A DNA stretch of 64,000 bases. Origin: Cirrosporium novae-zelandiae (taxonomy: Eukaryota). Each line of letters begins with the position of its first letter. Position 1 is the first letter of the stretch. A program made the translations under genes and the position numbers. The stretch is taken from assembly GCA_026023565.1 (NCBI GenBank), contig JAPETS010000038.1, positions 186,001 through 250,000 on the forward strand, read 5' to 3'. Positions 26,379-38,732 of the stretch are shown here, piece after piece. Under the pieces are notes generated by a model. The model was not told the origin of the DNA. It searched no databases and saw only the letters and a list, made by a program, of their open reading frames with translations.

Positions 26379-27974
26379 ATGGTTGTTGACTCAGCCGGCG
26401 AAAAATGGGCTTGCGAAGCCTGCATCCGAGGCCATCGTGTGAGTGGCTGCACTCATACCAGTAAGTTGGACATGTCTCGAATGATTTATCGAGTTGCGAT
26501 GCGATCATGTACTGACTTTGCGACACCAGCTCGGGAACTGCAGCACATCAATAAGAAAGGTCGGCCTGTAACGCAATGTATTCATTGTCGGAGCCTTCGT
26601 AAATCAAGAGCAGCTCATGTCAAATGCAACTGTGGCGAAAAATCTCATACCAAAGAAGAATGCAAGACAGGAAACAAGAGCGGCTCGAAACGTGAGCATA
26701 GTAGTAGTTATAGCGATTCACAAAAAAATTTGTCTGACCATTCATTAGTTGATCCACCTTCCTGTTGCTGCCATCATGGTGCTAAATGTGCCTGCTCTCT
26801 GAAGAAAGAAGGACAGCTTGAACCAGTCCCGGAGCTCGTTCCAGAGCTCGTTCCAGAGTTGAAGCGCCCTTTCCCATCTTCTTCGTCACTATCATCGCTC
26901 ACCGATGACAACAGCTGTAAACCTCGGCTTACTGCCGTTCAATCTGACCACACTGTGCATACCCTCGGCAAGCCTCATCATAGGCCTGTACATAAGCACG
27001 AGGCGGCGCATAACAGCGTTGGTCTTCCATATCAGATCCCAAGATGTCATAGTTATGGTCATAGTGATCATCACCCACGTCCCAGTGATACCCATCATAG
27101 ATCGCATCATACCCCATCAAATTCTCGCAGCACACATCATCAGCTGGATCCAGTTTCTACTATCAAGCATGAAGAGCGTCTTGTGCAATCCGAACACAAC
27201 TCGCCTCAAAGTAAACCTGCCCCTATGCTAGATATTCCACCTATTAGCCCTCTTAATTTGACAGGTGCCGGCTACAAAAACTTCTCCGCACAGTTTCATT
27301 ATGGTCTGGAGGATTCATATGAGCAAAACTTTGCATCTCCCGCTTACGATAAACCCCTATATTCAGCTGGGCCTGAACCTCCTGCTGTCGACTGGTCTAC
27401 CTTTCCAATTTACGACACCTCGCAAGAATCGGCTACGTACAGTCAACCACAATCGCATGCTGGCTTGGATGTTAACCATCTCGGGCCACCTGGACTGACG
27501 GCCTCCTCTTCTGGAGATGTTTCTGAGTCTGAAGATTTCAAGGCAACTGCCGACTCTCCTCATTCAACGAGCGACCCTATACCATTCGTCTCAGATAACT
27601 CGGCTGAATTTTCTGGCATGGATTGGTCCAAACTCGATTTCAGTCTCTCGACTCTCGGAATGGCCTCTGCCACCACGCAATATCAGAACATAGACTTGGA
27701 TGAGGTTCTCGGAGCTTCTGAAGGCGATTTTAAATTCAATAACGGGCTTTCTTTAGGCACCGCTCCTGTCGGACAAAGCCTGACCATCCAAGATGCGCAA
27801 CGACTGGCGCATTCGGGCGACGCACAGCAAACCGACGTGTACGACTATTCGACGACAGCATCGACATTTCCCTTTTCCACCACTTCCACCGACCCCGTTC
27901 TGTGCGGTTACGAAGACCTGATTCCGCCCTTCAGCTCTGAACCTATGGTGCCCGATTCCCAATGGCCCAGCTGA
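26379..27974 (+). CDS. Copper-fist transcription factor, AceA/Ace1(Cup2)-like; exons 26379-26460, 26530-26691, 26749-27974
   Basis: GEKWACEACIRGHRVSGCTHT|RELQHINKKGRPVTQCIHCR..KCNCG, then CCCHHGAKCAC; acidic C-terminal activation region. Confidence 0.9.
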   Translation: MVVDSAGEKWACEACIRGHRVSGCTHTSKLDMSRMIYRVAMRSCTDFATPARELQHINKKGRPVTQCIHCRSLRKSRAAHVKCNCGEKSHTKEECKTGNKSGSKREHSSSYSDSQKNLSDHSLVDPPSCCCHHGAKCACSLKKEGQLEPVPELVPELVPELKRPFPSSSSLSSLTDDNSCKPRLTAVQSDHTVHTLGKPHHRPVHKHEAAHNSVGLPYQIPRCHSYGHSDHHPRPSDTHHRSHHTPSNSRSTHHQLDPVSTIKHEERLVQSEHNSPQSKPAPMLDIPPISPLNLTGAGYKNFSAQFHYGLEDSYEQNFASPAYDKPLYSAGPEPPAVDWSTFPIYDTSQESATYSQPQSHAGLDVNHLGPPGLTASSSGDVSESEDFKATADSPHSTSDPIPFVSDNSAEFSGMDWSKLDFSLSTLGMASATTQYQNIDLDEVLGASEGDFKFNNGLSLGTAPVGQSLTIQDAQRLAHSGDAQQTDVYDYSTTASTFPFSTTSTDPVLCGYEDLIPPFSSEPMVPDSQWPS

Positions 27975-28581
27975 CATTAACTCTCCCGAGCCAACTAATC
28001 ATCCGCTGCCATACCGTAGGGGCGGAAGTGCCTCAAGATTTGTCCCTGCTATCTTCGAACTGATACAACGTTTCTCACAATCCTCTGATCCACTATCCGT
28101 AGGTCATTTTGACCGCAATATTCCCCTCACGAAATTCACGAATGATGAGGTGTGTATAAGGGCGTAACAAAATCATCTCAGTTCATAGATTTGACTTCTT
28201 TTTTCCCTTTTGTGACTCCCTATCGCATCCGTTTGGAGCGAAGGTTCAATCTAACTTTTTTTCAATGTATGTTGAGCATATCATCAAGTGTCACATATTT
28301 CGGGAACGCTGCTCTTGGTCGGCTCCATAATTTCATTAATAAGATCTCAATTCAAATATAGATTACAGTATGTCCAGATTAGAGTAATCATCTCAGTGTC
28401 TATGGTGTAGAAGATGGGAGATGCCTAGGTAATCATTTTTTCAAGCGTTGCCCTTCCAAGGTGATATTATCGAAATTAAGCAGTGTTCATTTCTGCGTAT
28501 TTGTATTCTCCTTTTGCACCCAAGAAACTTTTCCATCTATCATCAAACATGATATAATCATTGCTTATGGTCTCATCATCC

Positions 28582-28951
28582 TCAAGCCCTCTTTTTTTGT
28601 GTCATAGTAGTACCAGCTCTACCCTGTTTCTGCGAATAAACAACCCATCCAACAAGTGCAGCGCCCAGCACAGCCAGAATCAAGAAGTTGTCTACATTTT
28701 TTTTCCATTAATATCTATCTTATCAAAGCATCATCATCAAAAAACTTACTAAAGAAAAATTTAAAGACATCTTCGACCAAGTTCACGGAACCCTTTATCA
28801 GAGCGAGGAGGGTATCATAGATGGATGCGAGGAGGGTGGTGAAGACGGCGAAGACGGATTGGAAGACTGAGAGAATTGCGGTGAGGAGGTCGTGGAGGAT
28901 GTTTGTTAGGGCGGAGAGGAGGTTGGAGAGGGATTGGGTTATGCTTGTCAT
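28582..28951 (-). CDS. Small (103 aa) fungal membrane protein; exons 28750-28951, 28582-28691
   Basis: Amphipathic helix MTSITQSLSNLL... splices (GTAAG..TAG, phase 1) to NNFLILAVLGAALVGWVVYSQKQGR...KKRA-stop, a transmembrane segment plus basic tail. Confidence 0.8.
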
Positions 28952-29834
28952 TGTTTTTTTGGAAAGGGGAGTTGGTGAGATGGGAAATTCTTGTATGTGT
29001 GTATGTATGTATGTATGTATGTATGTATGTATGAGAGTAGAGTAGAGAGAGATTCTAAAAGATAAATGGTAGGTAGGCAGTGTTTTTTTTTGTTCCTTTC
29101 AGTTTCAGAGATGGGAGGGAATATTGGAGAGAGAAAGGAAGCTTGATGAGTATTCGAGGGGAAAAAAGGGATATGTGTATATATATCTTGTTTACTGATT
29201 GAAATCCGGGGGATAGATAGGTAAATAGATATACGTAGGTAGTTTTGCCACAATAAAAGAAAGTAGGACAAAGACAAAGAGAGCCAGCCACACACATACA
29301 CATGAGCTTTATTTCCCAAATGATGTTCTCACAGCTCTCTTACTTGATCATAATGATGTAGGTGTCGAACGTAGGAAATAATCTTGCATGCATGCATGCA
29401 TACCAGAAGATGGCTTAAGTTAAATGAGGCGTTTTCTAGTTCAAATTCCAGACGATTTGGCTCCTGGGTTCTTGAGCGATGCTATGACGTAGTAGCGTAT
29501 TGGATGTAGTGCCTAAGGCAGGTAAGTAAGTGCCCAGGTAGGCAACATGTTCTTTCTCTTTTTTTTCTTTCGAGCTGGCTTTGTTTTGTGTCTTTTGTGC
29601 TCCTCCTGGATCTTTTAAATGGGAAAATGAAAATATTTATTGGTTTGATTTCTTAGGGGATTTAGAGTAGAGGTACTCCGATGGGCTTTGATTTTTCGAC
29701 TTCAGTGGTACTTCTTCTCTTTCTCTTTCCACCTCTCTAGCCCTATCTATCTATCCACATGAAATGCAAAAAATAAGCACAGTGAGCGAGCAAGCAAGCA
29801 AGAATAGAAGCATCAAAGCAAAAAAAAATGTAAG

Positions 29835-29934
29835 GGGTCTGACCGGGATTTGAACCCGGGGCCTCTCGCAATTGAGACTTTCGAAGAATCGAAGGGAACC
29901 CAAAGCGAGAATCATACCACTAGACCATCAAACC
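29835..29934 (-). tRNA. tRNA-Pro(TGG) with 28-nt intron (29871-29898)
   Basis: Reverse complement GGTTTGATGGTCTAGTGGTATGATTCTCGCTTTGGG-[intron]-TGCGAGAGGCCCCGGGTTCAAATCCCGGTCAGACCC. Acceptor, anticodon and T stems pair; oligo-T Pol III terminator just downstream (A-run at about 29820-29828). Confidence 0.96.
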
Positions 29935-30902
29935 GATTAATGGAAGCCAGATGAGACTTTGTTTGTTGCTCTCGGACTCGTTGGATGAGAAGGGCATAGT
30001 AGAATTTAAAATTGACACAATTCATTACGCGATGGAAAAAAGAAATTTGGTGATTACCTAGGTAAATTACCACGTTTTTTCTTTTGATGGTGGGGGGGAG
30101 GAGAAGGGGAATACACGAATTACAATTTACAACCCAATCAACCGACGGAGATTGTAGTTGTGCACAGGTCATCCTCTGTGCGTTTTCTAAGTTTCCACGT
30201 TTCTAGTCTTTCTAGTAACTTGGTCCAGGTTTCCCCTGACTGGCAATAATAATTACTGTGGAAATAATCCTTCTTCTTCTGTGATAATGAAATTTTATTG
30301 CAACACTATCAATAATACTAAAAAGTATGAATTTTAGATAAGATACAATAGTTGTTGTATTTCGGAGGATAGAACGGACGTTGGTACCCTAAACCGTATT
30401 AGACGGACAATAAAAATCCAAAATACCAATCAAACGTCGTCGTAAGATCAATGTCTCTCTGTGGTACCCCAGATTGGAAAGATTACTACCAATTGGTACC
30501 TGCATTCGTCCCTCCAAACTCTTCTTTCTTTACCTTTTTTTGCCTTTGCAAGTTGAGAGTATAATCCAGGATTATAATCTGGTAATATCTAATCGTGTCG
30601 AGATATCCCATCTACCAAATCCGGGGACCAAGAAACAAAATCTTCGACGTTATCCATATTCACCGAATCTTGGCCCATCAATCAGCTTGTGTCGCAACAT
30701 ACACAGGCCGTCGAGGCTACTTATGTTTCGTCTTCACACCTAAGTCATACGGCGAATTGAGCGCTGTTGATTTCCTCTGTTTAAATCAACCACTCGACCA
30801 TTTGACATTGCTCTCTGCCTTGTCACTTCTTGCGCAATTCTTGTCGTTGTCGTGTTTTGGTATGCGACAATTGCTCTTCCATATTGATTCCAAACTTCCA
30901 CC

Positions 30903-32459
30903 ATGGCGCTGAAAGTTAGACATCTCAATGCGGATAGGTACGTGCAGTACAAAAACGTCAACTTGCCAGTTGGGACTTTCTGACATCTCTGTAGTACATA
31001 TCTCCTCACCTTTTCTCCTAGCGAAACATCCACCGACAGCGTACTTCCTCCTTCACCTCGATCCTTTGACGACCCGGACTGCTTCTCAATACTAGTTGAT
31101 CCCTGGTTATGCGGGTCCTGCTCTGTTTTACATCCAAGATTTGCTCTTACTAGACATTCTTCTCCACCGTTAATACAGCACCTATCCGAGATCCCTGATC
31201 CAGATGTCGTTCTCATATCCCAGGATAAACCCGACCATTGTCACGAGGAAACGCTGCGTCAACTCTCTCCAGATACCAGAGCCCTGATAATAGCGGAACC
31301 CAGAGCTGCGAGGAAGATACGTCAATTTAAGCATTTCCCTCGATCTCGCATATTCTCTCTTCCCAGATATGATTCTCGGAAGCGTAATACGATATGCCGT
31401 ATCCAAATCCCGGCCTTGAGCTTTCATGGCAGCCCAGGCGAAGTCACTTTAACCCTTTTAACTCCCAAGTTTGATATGACGGGGTTGCATAATGCAATTG
31501 GAATCACTTACCGCCCACCTACTTCATCTGGGAACCCATCTGGCGGTAAAGCTCCTCCGACAACATCATTTGATCTTCCCATCCAATCCGCCTCTGGGTT
31601 TGATGAGTATATACCACCTGTACCGCCACTCCCTGCGCTTCGACCCGCAATGTCTATGCCGAATATGGCGTCTCCTCTAATATCCCCACAAGTTGATTCC
31701 AACTTTGACGCATCATCCACTTATGCTGAGTCCACATATGCGGAGTCCACCTCGTCTAGTGTTTTCACCCTCCCAATCCAAGGCTTCAACCGTCCGAACA
31801 TGCACAAACGCGCCTCGACAATCATGACTCTTGATCTACCCATCCAATACCCCTCGACCAGCGTCGCCCCCACCTGTAAATCGACTGTTAGGCTCCCAAT
31901 TCAGCACAATACGGTCCGTTTTAACGAACCTCTTCCGACACCACCAGACTCTCCAGCATCCTCCTCATCCACATTACCCGACTGCAGTCGCACAACTTCG
32001 CACAATCGTACCCCACCTCTTCCACCCGCCGCGAACCCACAAATCCTCTCTGTACTCTACGCTCCGCATGGTATCAATCTCGTCTCCGTCCTACCATATC
32101 TCTCGGCCCACATTTCCCCCATGACCAGTCACCTCTCCCTCCTTCTCCACCCATTTACCCGCGTAACAAGCCCCTGGTATCTTGGTGGGTGTATCAGCAC
32201 TGGCGCTCCAGGAGGTACCGAGATTGCCAGGGCATTTGATGCACGGTGTTGGGTTAGTACGCATGATGGGAGGAAAGAGGTTAGCGGGGCGAGTGTGAAG
32301 AGGGTGAAAAGGCAGTGTTGGGAGGTAGGGGAGATTAGAAAAATGGTCAAGGGGATTGATAATCATGATGATGAAGAGGAGGTGTGGGGCTGTGGCGGGT
32401 GTGAGGTCCGAATTATGGAAGCAGGTGAAGAAATGGTCATGGTGGCGGATATTGGATGA
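30903..32459 (+). CDS. Metallo-beta-lactamase-fold-like conserved fungal protein; exons 30903-30937, 30995-32459
   Basis: MALKVRHLNADS|TYLLTF..FSILVDPWLCG..VLISQDKPDHCHEETLRQL..LYAPHG..WVSTHD; the frame continues into ORF 31416-32459. Confidence 0.8.
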
Positions 32460-35036
32460 TCAATCATCTGGTATCTAGGGAATATTTTGGTTTTGGGGTA
32501 TGTGTGGGGATTTGCGATTCCCAACATGCCCTTTACCATGTTTATTTTTTCCCGCCATTTCCCTTAACGTGGCATTCAGGGCATCATGCTGGATCATTCC
32601 ATCTCCCCCATAACCCCAGAACGCCATTCCCGCCCCCACCAAACCCTTATTATAAATCTACCTCGAATTCTAACCCCTCACCGACCACATACTCACCCTC
32701 AACCAAACCCCAACCCCATATCCACAACCCCATTACCTTTCCCTTTCCCAACCACGACATAATGTAATAAATATACCCCCATCACCATCTTTCCATAAAT
32801 CTATCTCTCAATATCCATTATCCATTCGAAAATACCCCTTTCCTGCCAAGTTTTAGCAAGCGAATTGTTTTCTCCCTTCTCGTTTTTTTTTTGATGCATG
32901 TTGAAGATGAGAGGATTTCTATTTTTATGGCTTGAAGAAGGAGGGAAGGAGGGTTTTTTTTCTATTACTATTACTTCTTGGATGTGATGCGATGTGACGT
33001 GTGTATGGAAACTTGACGTATGAAGTTAGTTGGTTGGGTGGCTATATTGTGTGTCCTTTCTCGGTTTTTTTTTGATGATGACGAGGATTGTGATGTGCTG
33101 TCGGGAAGGCAAGGCAAGGCAAGGCAGGGTACTGGAATAGAAGGAAGGCAGCAAGTTAAGGAGGATGGGGAGGTTCGGCAGACGAATGAATAGATGGATG
33201 TGGATGGATATGGATGATGGTTGAATTGATAGAGAGAGATTTAGGTAGTTGGCTAGTTTATACCCCATTTATTTATTTTTTGATTTTCGTTCAATACCCA
33301 ATTATATATCTATCTATATATTTTTGAGAGGGAGAGAGAAACTTGATATTGAACCATTTTTCTATAATTGGTTAATTTACCTAGACTATATACTTACTTT
33401 CTTTTTCTAACCTATTCCCCATTCCCCATTCCCTATTTCGCGATATATATATCACAACCCCCCCCCCCCCTTTTTTTTTTGATTTAATGAGGTTTTTTAT
33501 TACATAATTACTCAGATAGGATAGGATTCGATAGGATGGTGGTAATGGTAATGTTATAATTAAGTATATGAACAGGTTGAAACAAAAAACCCCAAGTACA
33601 GTACTTGTACACGGACATTGTATTTGTTAGTCATTAGGTATAGTAGGTAGGGAAGGCCTCCTTAGTAAGAGATTTTATCCCTAAATTTCCTAAATTCTTA
33701 AATCCCTCCAAGGTAAAGTTATGAGATTTTACGGGGGGTTCCGTCTCCTACTTCCTACTTCCATTTCTCTCTCATCTGCTTCGGCTTTAGTCCCTTTTTC
33801 TTCGAAAAAGGGATTTCCTCCGTTTCCCTCGGGGCTTTGTTGTTAAACCAAAACATAGGTCTGAGGATATGTTCGTTGTACATGTACATGTACAGATTAT
33901 AAGAACCTAGGTATGAATGGTATAGATTATGGGTATGGATGTTGTTCGTTGTTCGTCCCGCTTGGTTTTTTTATGTAGCTATTTATGCTATTAGTTTCCC
34001 TAGCCATGGAATTTGCATCCATCCTTTTTCAGGTTCCTGCCATCTTTCCTAGCTACCCTTTCATATGAAATTTTGACGTTGGTTAGAGTGTTGGAGTCCT
34101 TTGGTGGGGGGGGGTCGGGGAAAAAGCTATGTTCGTTTGGACATACCTGGGTAATGGAGTGTTGAATGAAAATTCCGGGTATGGGGGTTCCAGGCTATGA
34201 GAGATATCGCTTTGGGGTATTGATATTGCCTTTAACACGGGGTTGTAGGGGGACTAACCACCTGGGTTAGGTCCTAGGGGATGATACAATATTTGAGTAC
34301 TAGAAACGACGTTCAAGTAGGATCAACGGAAAAAAAATCGATATATGGATTTTTTTTTATAGATAGGATGCGCTTAACTTCCAATCTTGCAATCTTTTAT
34401 CTATGCTCTGTAGTTGTTTCGTAAATACATCTCATTTTTTGCTTTGTCATACCATCTGCCCCTTGATGGCTTCTTGAATCATCGACAGCTATGCTTCTTT
34501 GTAGTAGGGGTACCTCGTCACAAAAAGACACTTCCTCTCTAAGGTTAATAAACCTGTCCTATAGAGATAGATCAGTGACTGTAAATATTGGTTCGAGATC
34601 CGTGAATATATTTTACCATGAGCTTCAAAGCTTTATGTTATCAGCAGAACATCTGGAGGATAGCCCACCATGACTATGGCGGTACCTCCTTTTTTGTGCA
34701 CCGTTTCACATATCCACGAGGGATTGGTCATTAGTCTGCGATTGAGCTGGATTGAGACGACCCGATCCACCTAGCTCGAAAGACCATATTCGATTTCTGA
34801 CCCTTGTCTAAATCCAGATTGACTTTAGATATGGACCATCATGATGGTTGGGTAGAGTACCTGTTCCGAGTATTCTTTGCCTTTAGGTAGCTTCCGCAGT
34901 TTATCCTGACACCACAAGAGGCCGCCAAGGGAGCTCCTTGTATATCTGACTGACTCAGACCCGAATGAGAGAGAACTTGTGTTCACTTATAGGCCTTCCT
35001 AAGAGTCACGGCGCTACTTTCTATACAATACTTAAC

Positions 35037-35952
35037 TCAAGCATAAAACTTCAAGCATTGCCCCTCATTATGCGCATCAAGACACTCCATCCCACAGACT
35101 CGTTTACCGCAACGTATGCACCTTACAAGACCCCAGTATCCGCAAATTTCGCAGAAATGTCGTTGTGGGTATCCATTATTAGAGGGCTCAGCTCGCGATG
35201 CTGCATATGAAAGAGGTGGTGCGGTTAAAAGAGCATGAAGAATATGGGGTGGTGGAGCTGATGGAACAGTTGATTTCAGGAGTTCATTTGTTGTCTCATC
35301 CGCAGGGAAAAGTTCCGAGGGAGGGATCTGGAGGGAATCTGGTGGAGCTGTGGGGTGTCCCAATGGAGGTATTGCAGAGCCCGCACGGGTTTGCTTGGCT
35401 TGGTGAGAGTTGTAAGGAGTTGATGCAGAACTGGTTATAGTACTTTGGTGGGAGGGTTTTGAAGCTAAAAATGCTGCTTCATCGTCGAGATAGTTGGCAA
35501 TGGTTTTCTGCGACTGAAGAATTTTGCGTACAGCAGGAGTGAGCTTGCTTCGTGCCCCTAAAAACGATAATAACAGATTAGCTTCAGCAAATAATGCAGA
35601 CGTTTTCACATATTAATTAGAATAGTCCTAGAGACGAGGTTTAGAGAGATGAAAAGGATGTTATCGCGCTCTCACCTTTCCCCTCTTTTAATTTTGATGG
35701 AATTGGAATTTGCACATCACGGTGATTATCTCTTTGCAGGTCTTCCAACCGTTTTGCCAATGCATTTAACTGTCTTCTTGAGGATTCATCCCCTGCCGCA
35801 ACACCCACGTGACGAGAAGCGCGAACGCGCGTGGTGGAAGCAGGCTGTAGAGCAGCTTTAGAGGGGTCATAGCCTGTATCTGTAACATAAGCCCATCCTG
35901 GAGCAGCAGAGCTAGAATTTGGGAGTTCTTCAACGAGTGTTGAAACAACCAT
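35037..35952 (-). CDS. VPS71: SWR1 complex HIT zinc-finger subunit Vps71/Swc6; exons 35676-35952, 35037-35557
   Basis: APGWAYVTDTGYDPSK N-terminus, VRKILQSQKTIANYLDDE, C-terminal zf-HIT RHFCEICGYWGLVRCIRCGKRVCGMECLDAHNEGQC. Confidence 0.85.
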
Positions 35953-36611
35953 ACTGGAATATGTGTCGTCATGAGACGGAGATTATTGTAAAAGCATGAT
36001 GGAACTTAAGAGTTTAAGATCTTGATGCGATAAGAACAAGACCGATATACATACACGTGACACCTAAATAAGTTCTTGATAGCATACACCAAAAATTGAA
36101 ATTGATACACCATCGAGGTTCATATTAGCAAGTATGACCTCCCAGCTACTTTACAAAAGAAGTGTTTTATTGTTGGAGAAGATTAATCATCATATTATAT
36201 CCAATGCTTTTAATTTCATGTTTAATAATAAATTAGTGTACAGCACTCTAACCCTTATTTCTTGCCAATACCTAGTCATCACCTAACCTCTGCTTCTTTT
36301 AATCTCCTTGCATAATGGAGCTTAAAGCCCTAGTTATCCGCAACTCCATGAAACGCTGATATACGTCCTTAACTCCTTGCTATGCTTCTTAGAAATTCTG
36401 ATTGCCGATCAAAGATAAGAGACCCAACGCAAGGTAGCGTAACGTAGAAAGCCGTAATCTATTACCATTCGCACTGTCCCCGATCGCTTGCGGCCCATTC
36501 ATCTCACATGACACCATAAACCTGAGATCATTTGGTCCAAGGAGTTTCGATAACTAACCTGATGGCCGAATAATCCCATGAATCTGTTATGAGAAACAAG
36601 GAACGTTCTGG

Positions 36612-38040
36612 TTATTCGAGAGAACCCTCCAGTTGTTGTTTTGCATTCATATCTCTTGCCATCTTCTTACCTATTTCATAACTGCTGATCATAATCGCAC
36701 ATGAGGGTGCAACCTTTAAGCATCTGGGAAGACCGCCTTTGAATAGACCACGGATTCCTTCTTCTTTGAAAATATGGTACAAAAATCGAGGCATAGAAGT
36801 CTCTTCAGGCCTCGGAGAATTTTTGATGCCGACGGGAGCAGCTTTCTTCAAGGTATCATTGGCATGTCGCAGAACTTGTTGTCTTGTTTTGCCCACGTCG
36901 AAAGGTGTCGTGACTATGGCCGCAAAAGATCCAGCAATAGCCCCCGAAGTAAAGCTATCAATAAACGTCTCTGAACGGTTTTCTCGGCTTCGCGATTGAC
37001 TCCTCCGACGCGTTGTTTTACGCTCAGGGTCAAGGGTGACTCCTTTTGCCTTTTCTCGAGCGTCAACCAATGTATTCCGGATTGTTTCATATCCCCACCA
37101 ATATATAGCAGAGAAAGGAACATCTCGCCACAAGGTTAATGTGAGTCCTCTCCACATAGAGGTCGGACCGTGGACTTGGACCAGATCCCGCATCCCTTTT
37201 AGTGTGTCCATGAAATGGTTGGTCCCATGTCCAGAGGTAGCTTGAAGCCTTGTCCGAAACATCTCGATGGGACTCACACATATTGCTGCAGCTACTCTTG
37301 CAGAGGATCCTGCTATCAAAGGGGCATATGAATCATTTATAAGTTTACTGATCGGACTCCTCGGACTAAAGCGCAGCCAGTCATACCCGGCGAAATATAT
37401 TACATTAGCAGGTATGGCCATCATAAGGGTGGGGCTTAGGCCTCTCCATAATGTTGTTGGTCCTTCATGCCGAGCAATCTTCCGCAGCCCATCAAATGTT
37501 GAATTAAACGTTTTACGCTGATTCTCTTGAATAGCACATTCTCCAATCGGGAGAGTTGAAGGGCCAGTAAAATTTGAAGCCGGAGGTCCAGCAACACAGA
37601 ATTGAGCATTGTTGTTCACCCAGAAGACTTCGCGACAACAAGCTGTAACACCGAGATTGGAAGGAAGATTGCTAAAAGCGGATGCTTGCGATATAGGAAT
37701 TCGGGCTGGAGATGGCTGTGTTGCTTGTGATTGAAGACGTACTCGAACAACATCAAGTGGCGTAGCTGTAGGAACCGGTGATTAGCACTTGGATATTGTA
37801 TTGTGGATGGCAAATCATACCCAGTAAAGATGTGAGGAGACTTCCATAAACTGCAGACAACATTTTTTGCCCAGTAGATATATCTTTCTCTGTAACCCCT
37901 TCTCCATTACTCGAAGGTGTTACTGGCGCTGCGTTTCCATCCTTATCCGACATCCGATCATGCCTTTGTCCCATGTATATCTCCGTATTCCCATGGTTAG
38001 CTTTGATCGTTTCTCTTGGCTCTGATATGAATCCTGACAT
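36612..38040 (-). CDS. MTM1: Mitochondrial carrier, Mtm1/SLC25A39-40 type; exons 37821-38040, 36612-37765
   Basis: Three MCF signatures TPLDVVRVRLQ, SPIEMFRTRLQ, TPFDVGKTRQQ; LWRGLSPTLMMAIPANVIYFAGYD and LWRDVPFSAIYWWGYE characteristic of Mtm1. Confidence 0.9.
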
Positions 38041-38732
38041 TGACAGAATTTGTCTCGGAATTACAGGTTGATGTAAAAAAGCCTGTATTGAGAGGTGTCA
38101 AATCCGTAGAAGAATGAAGAACATGATTGCATGGTGAGTGCGGAGAGGAGAAGTTTAATAAATGTGCCGGGCGGGCGAAAGCACGGAGCTCTTCCATGAT
38201 AGATCCTTGTCATTGCATCTGATAAGATAGAAAATTTCTCCGAACCTCGGCCGTATTTCTCCATTCGGAACATAATTAGGCTACAGGACCATCCCACGCC
38301 CTTCGTATATCCTTCAAGTCCGACCGTAAGGCCGAGTAATTACCCAGATATTACTATGAGATGTTACTCTTCAAATGTTGTTTACTAAAAAACACTATTA
38401 GAGAGAAGAAAAGAATATCCAAAGACAGTAGTCTTTAATAAATGAAGACGTCACACTGACCACCAGTGCGTCCCACCTTATTTAATCACCCTAAAAAGTA
38501 GTGTAGCCAGCATGACAAGACAGATAAGATAAATAATGGACATTGCCCTATGATTCGGTGGATCTCCCATAACTCAAGGTATCCTTAACGAATGATATTT
38601 CATGAACATACTGGCTTATTATCATTTTATATACATACCTTATATACCTATAATCTTAGGCTCTTTATTCATAATCGAATTCCTGCTATAATTCACTGCA
38701 ACTTCACAGCATTCCTTGAATAAATTACCGCA

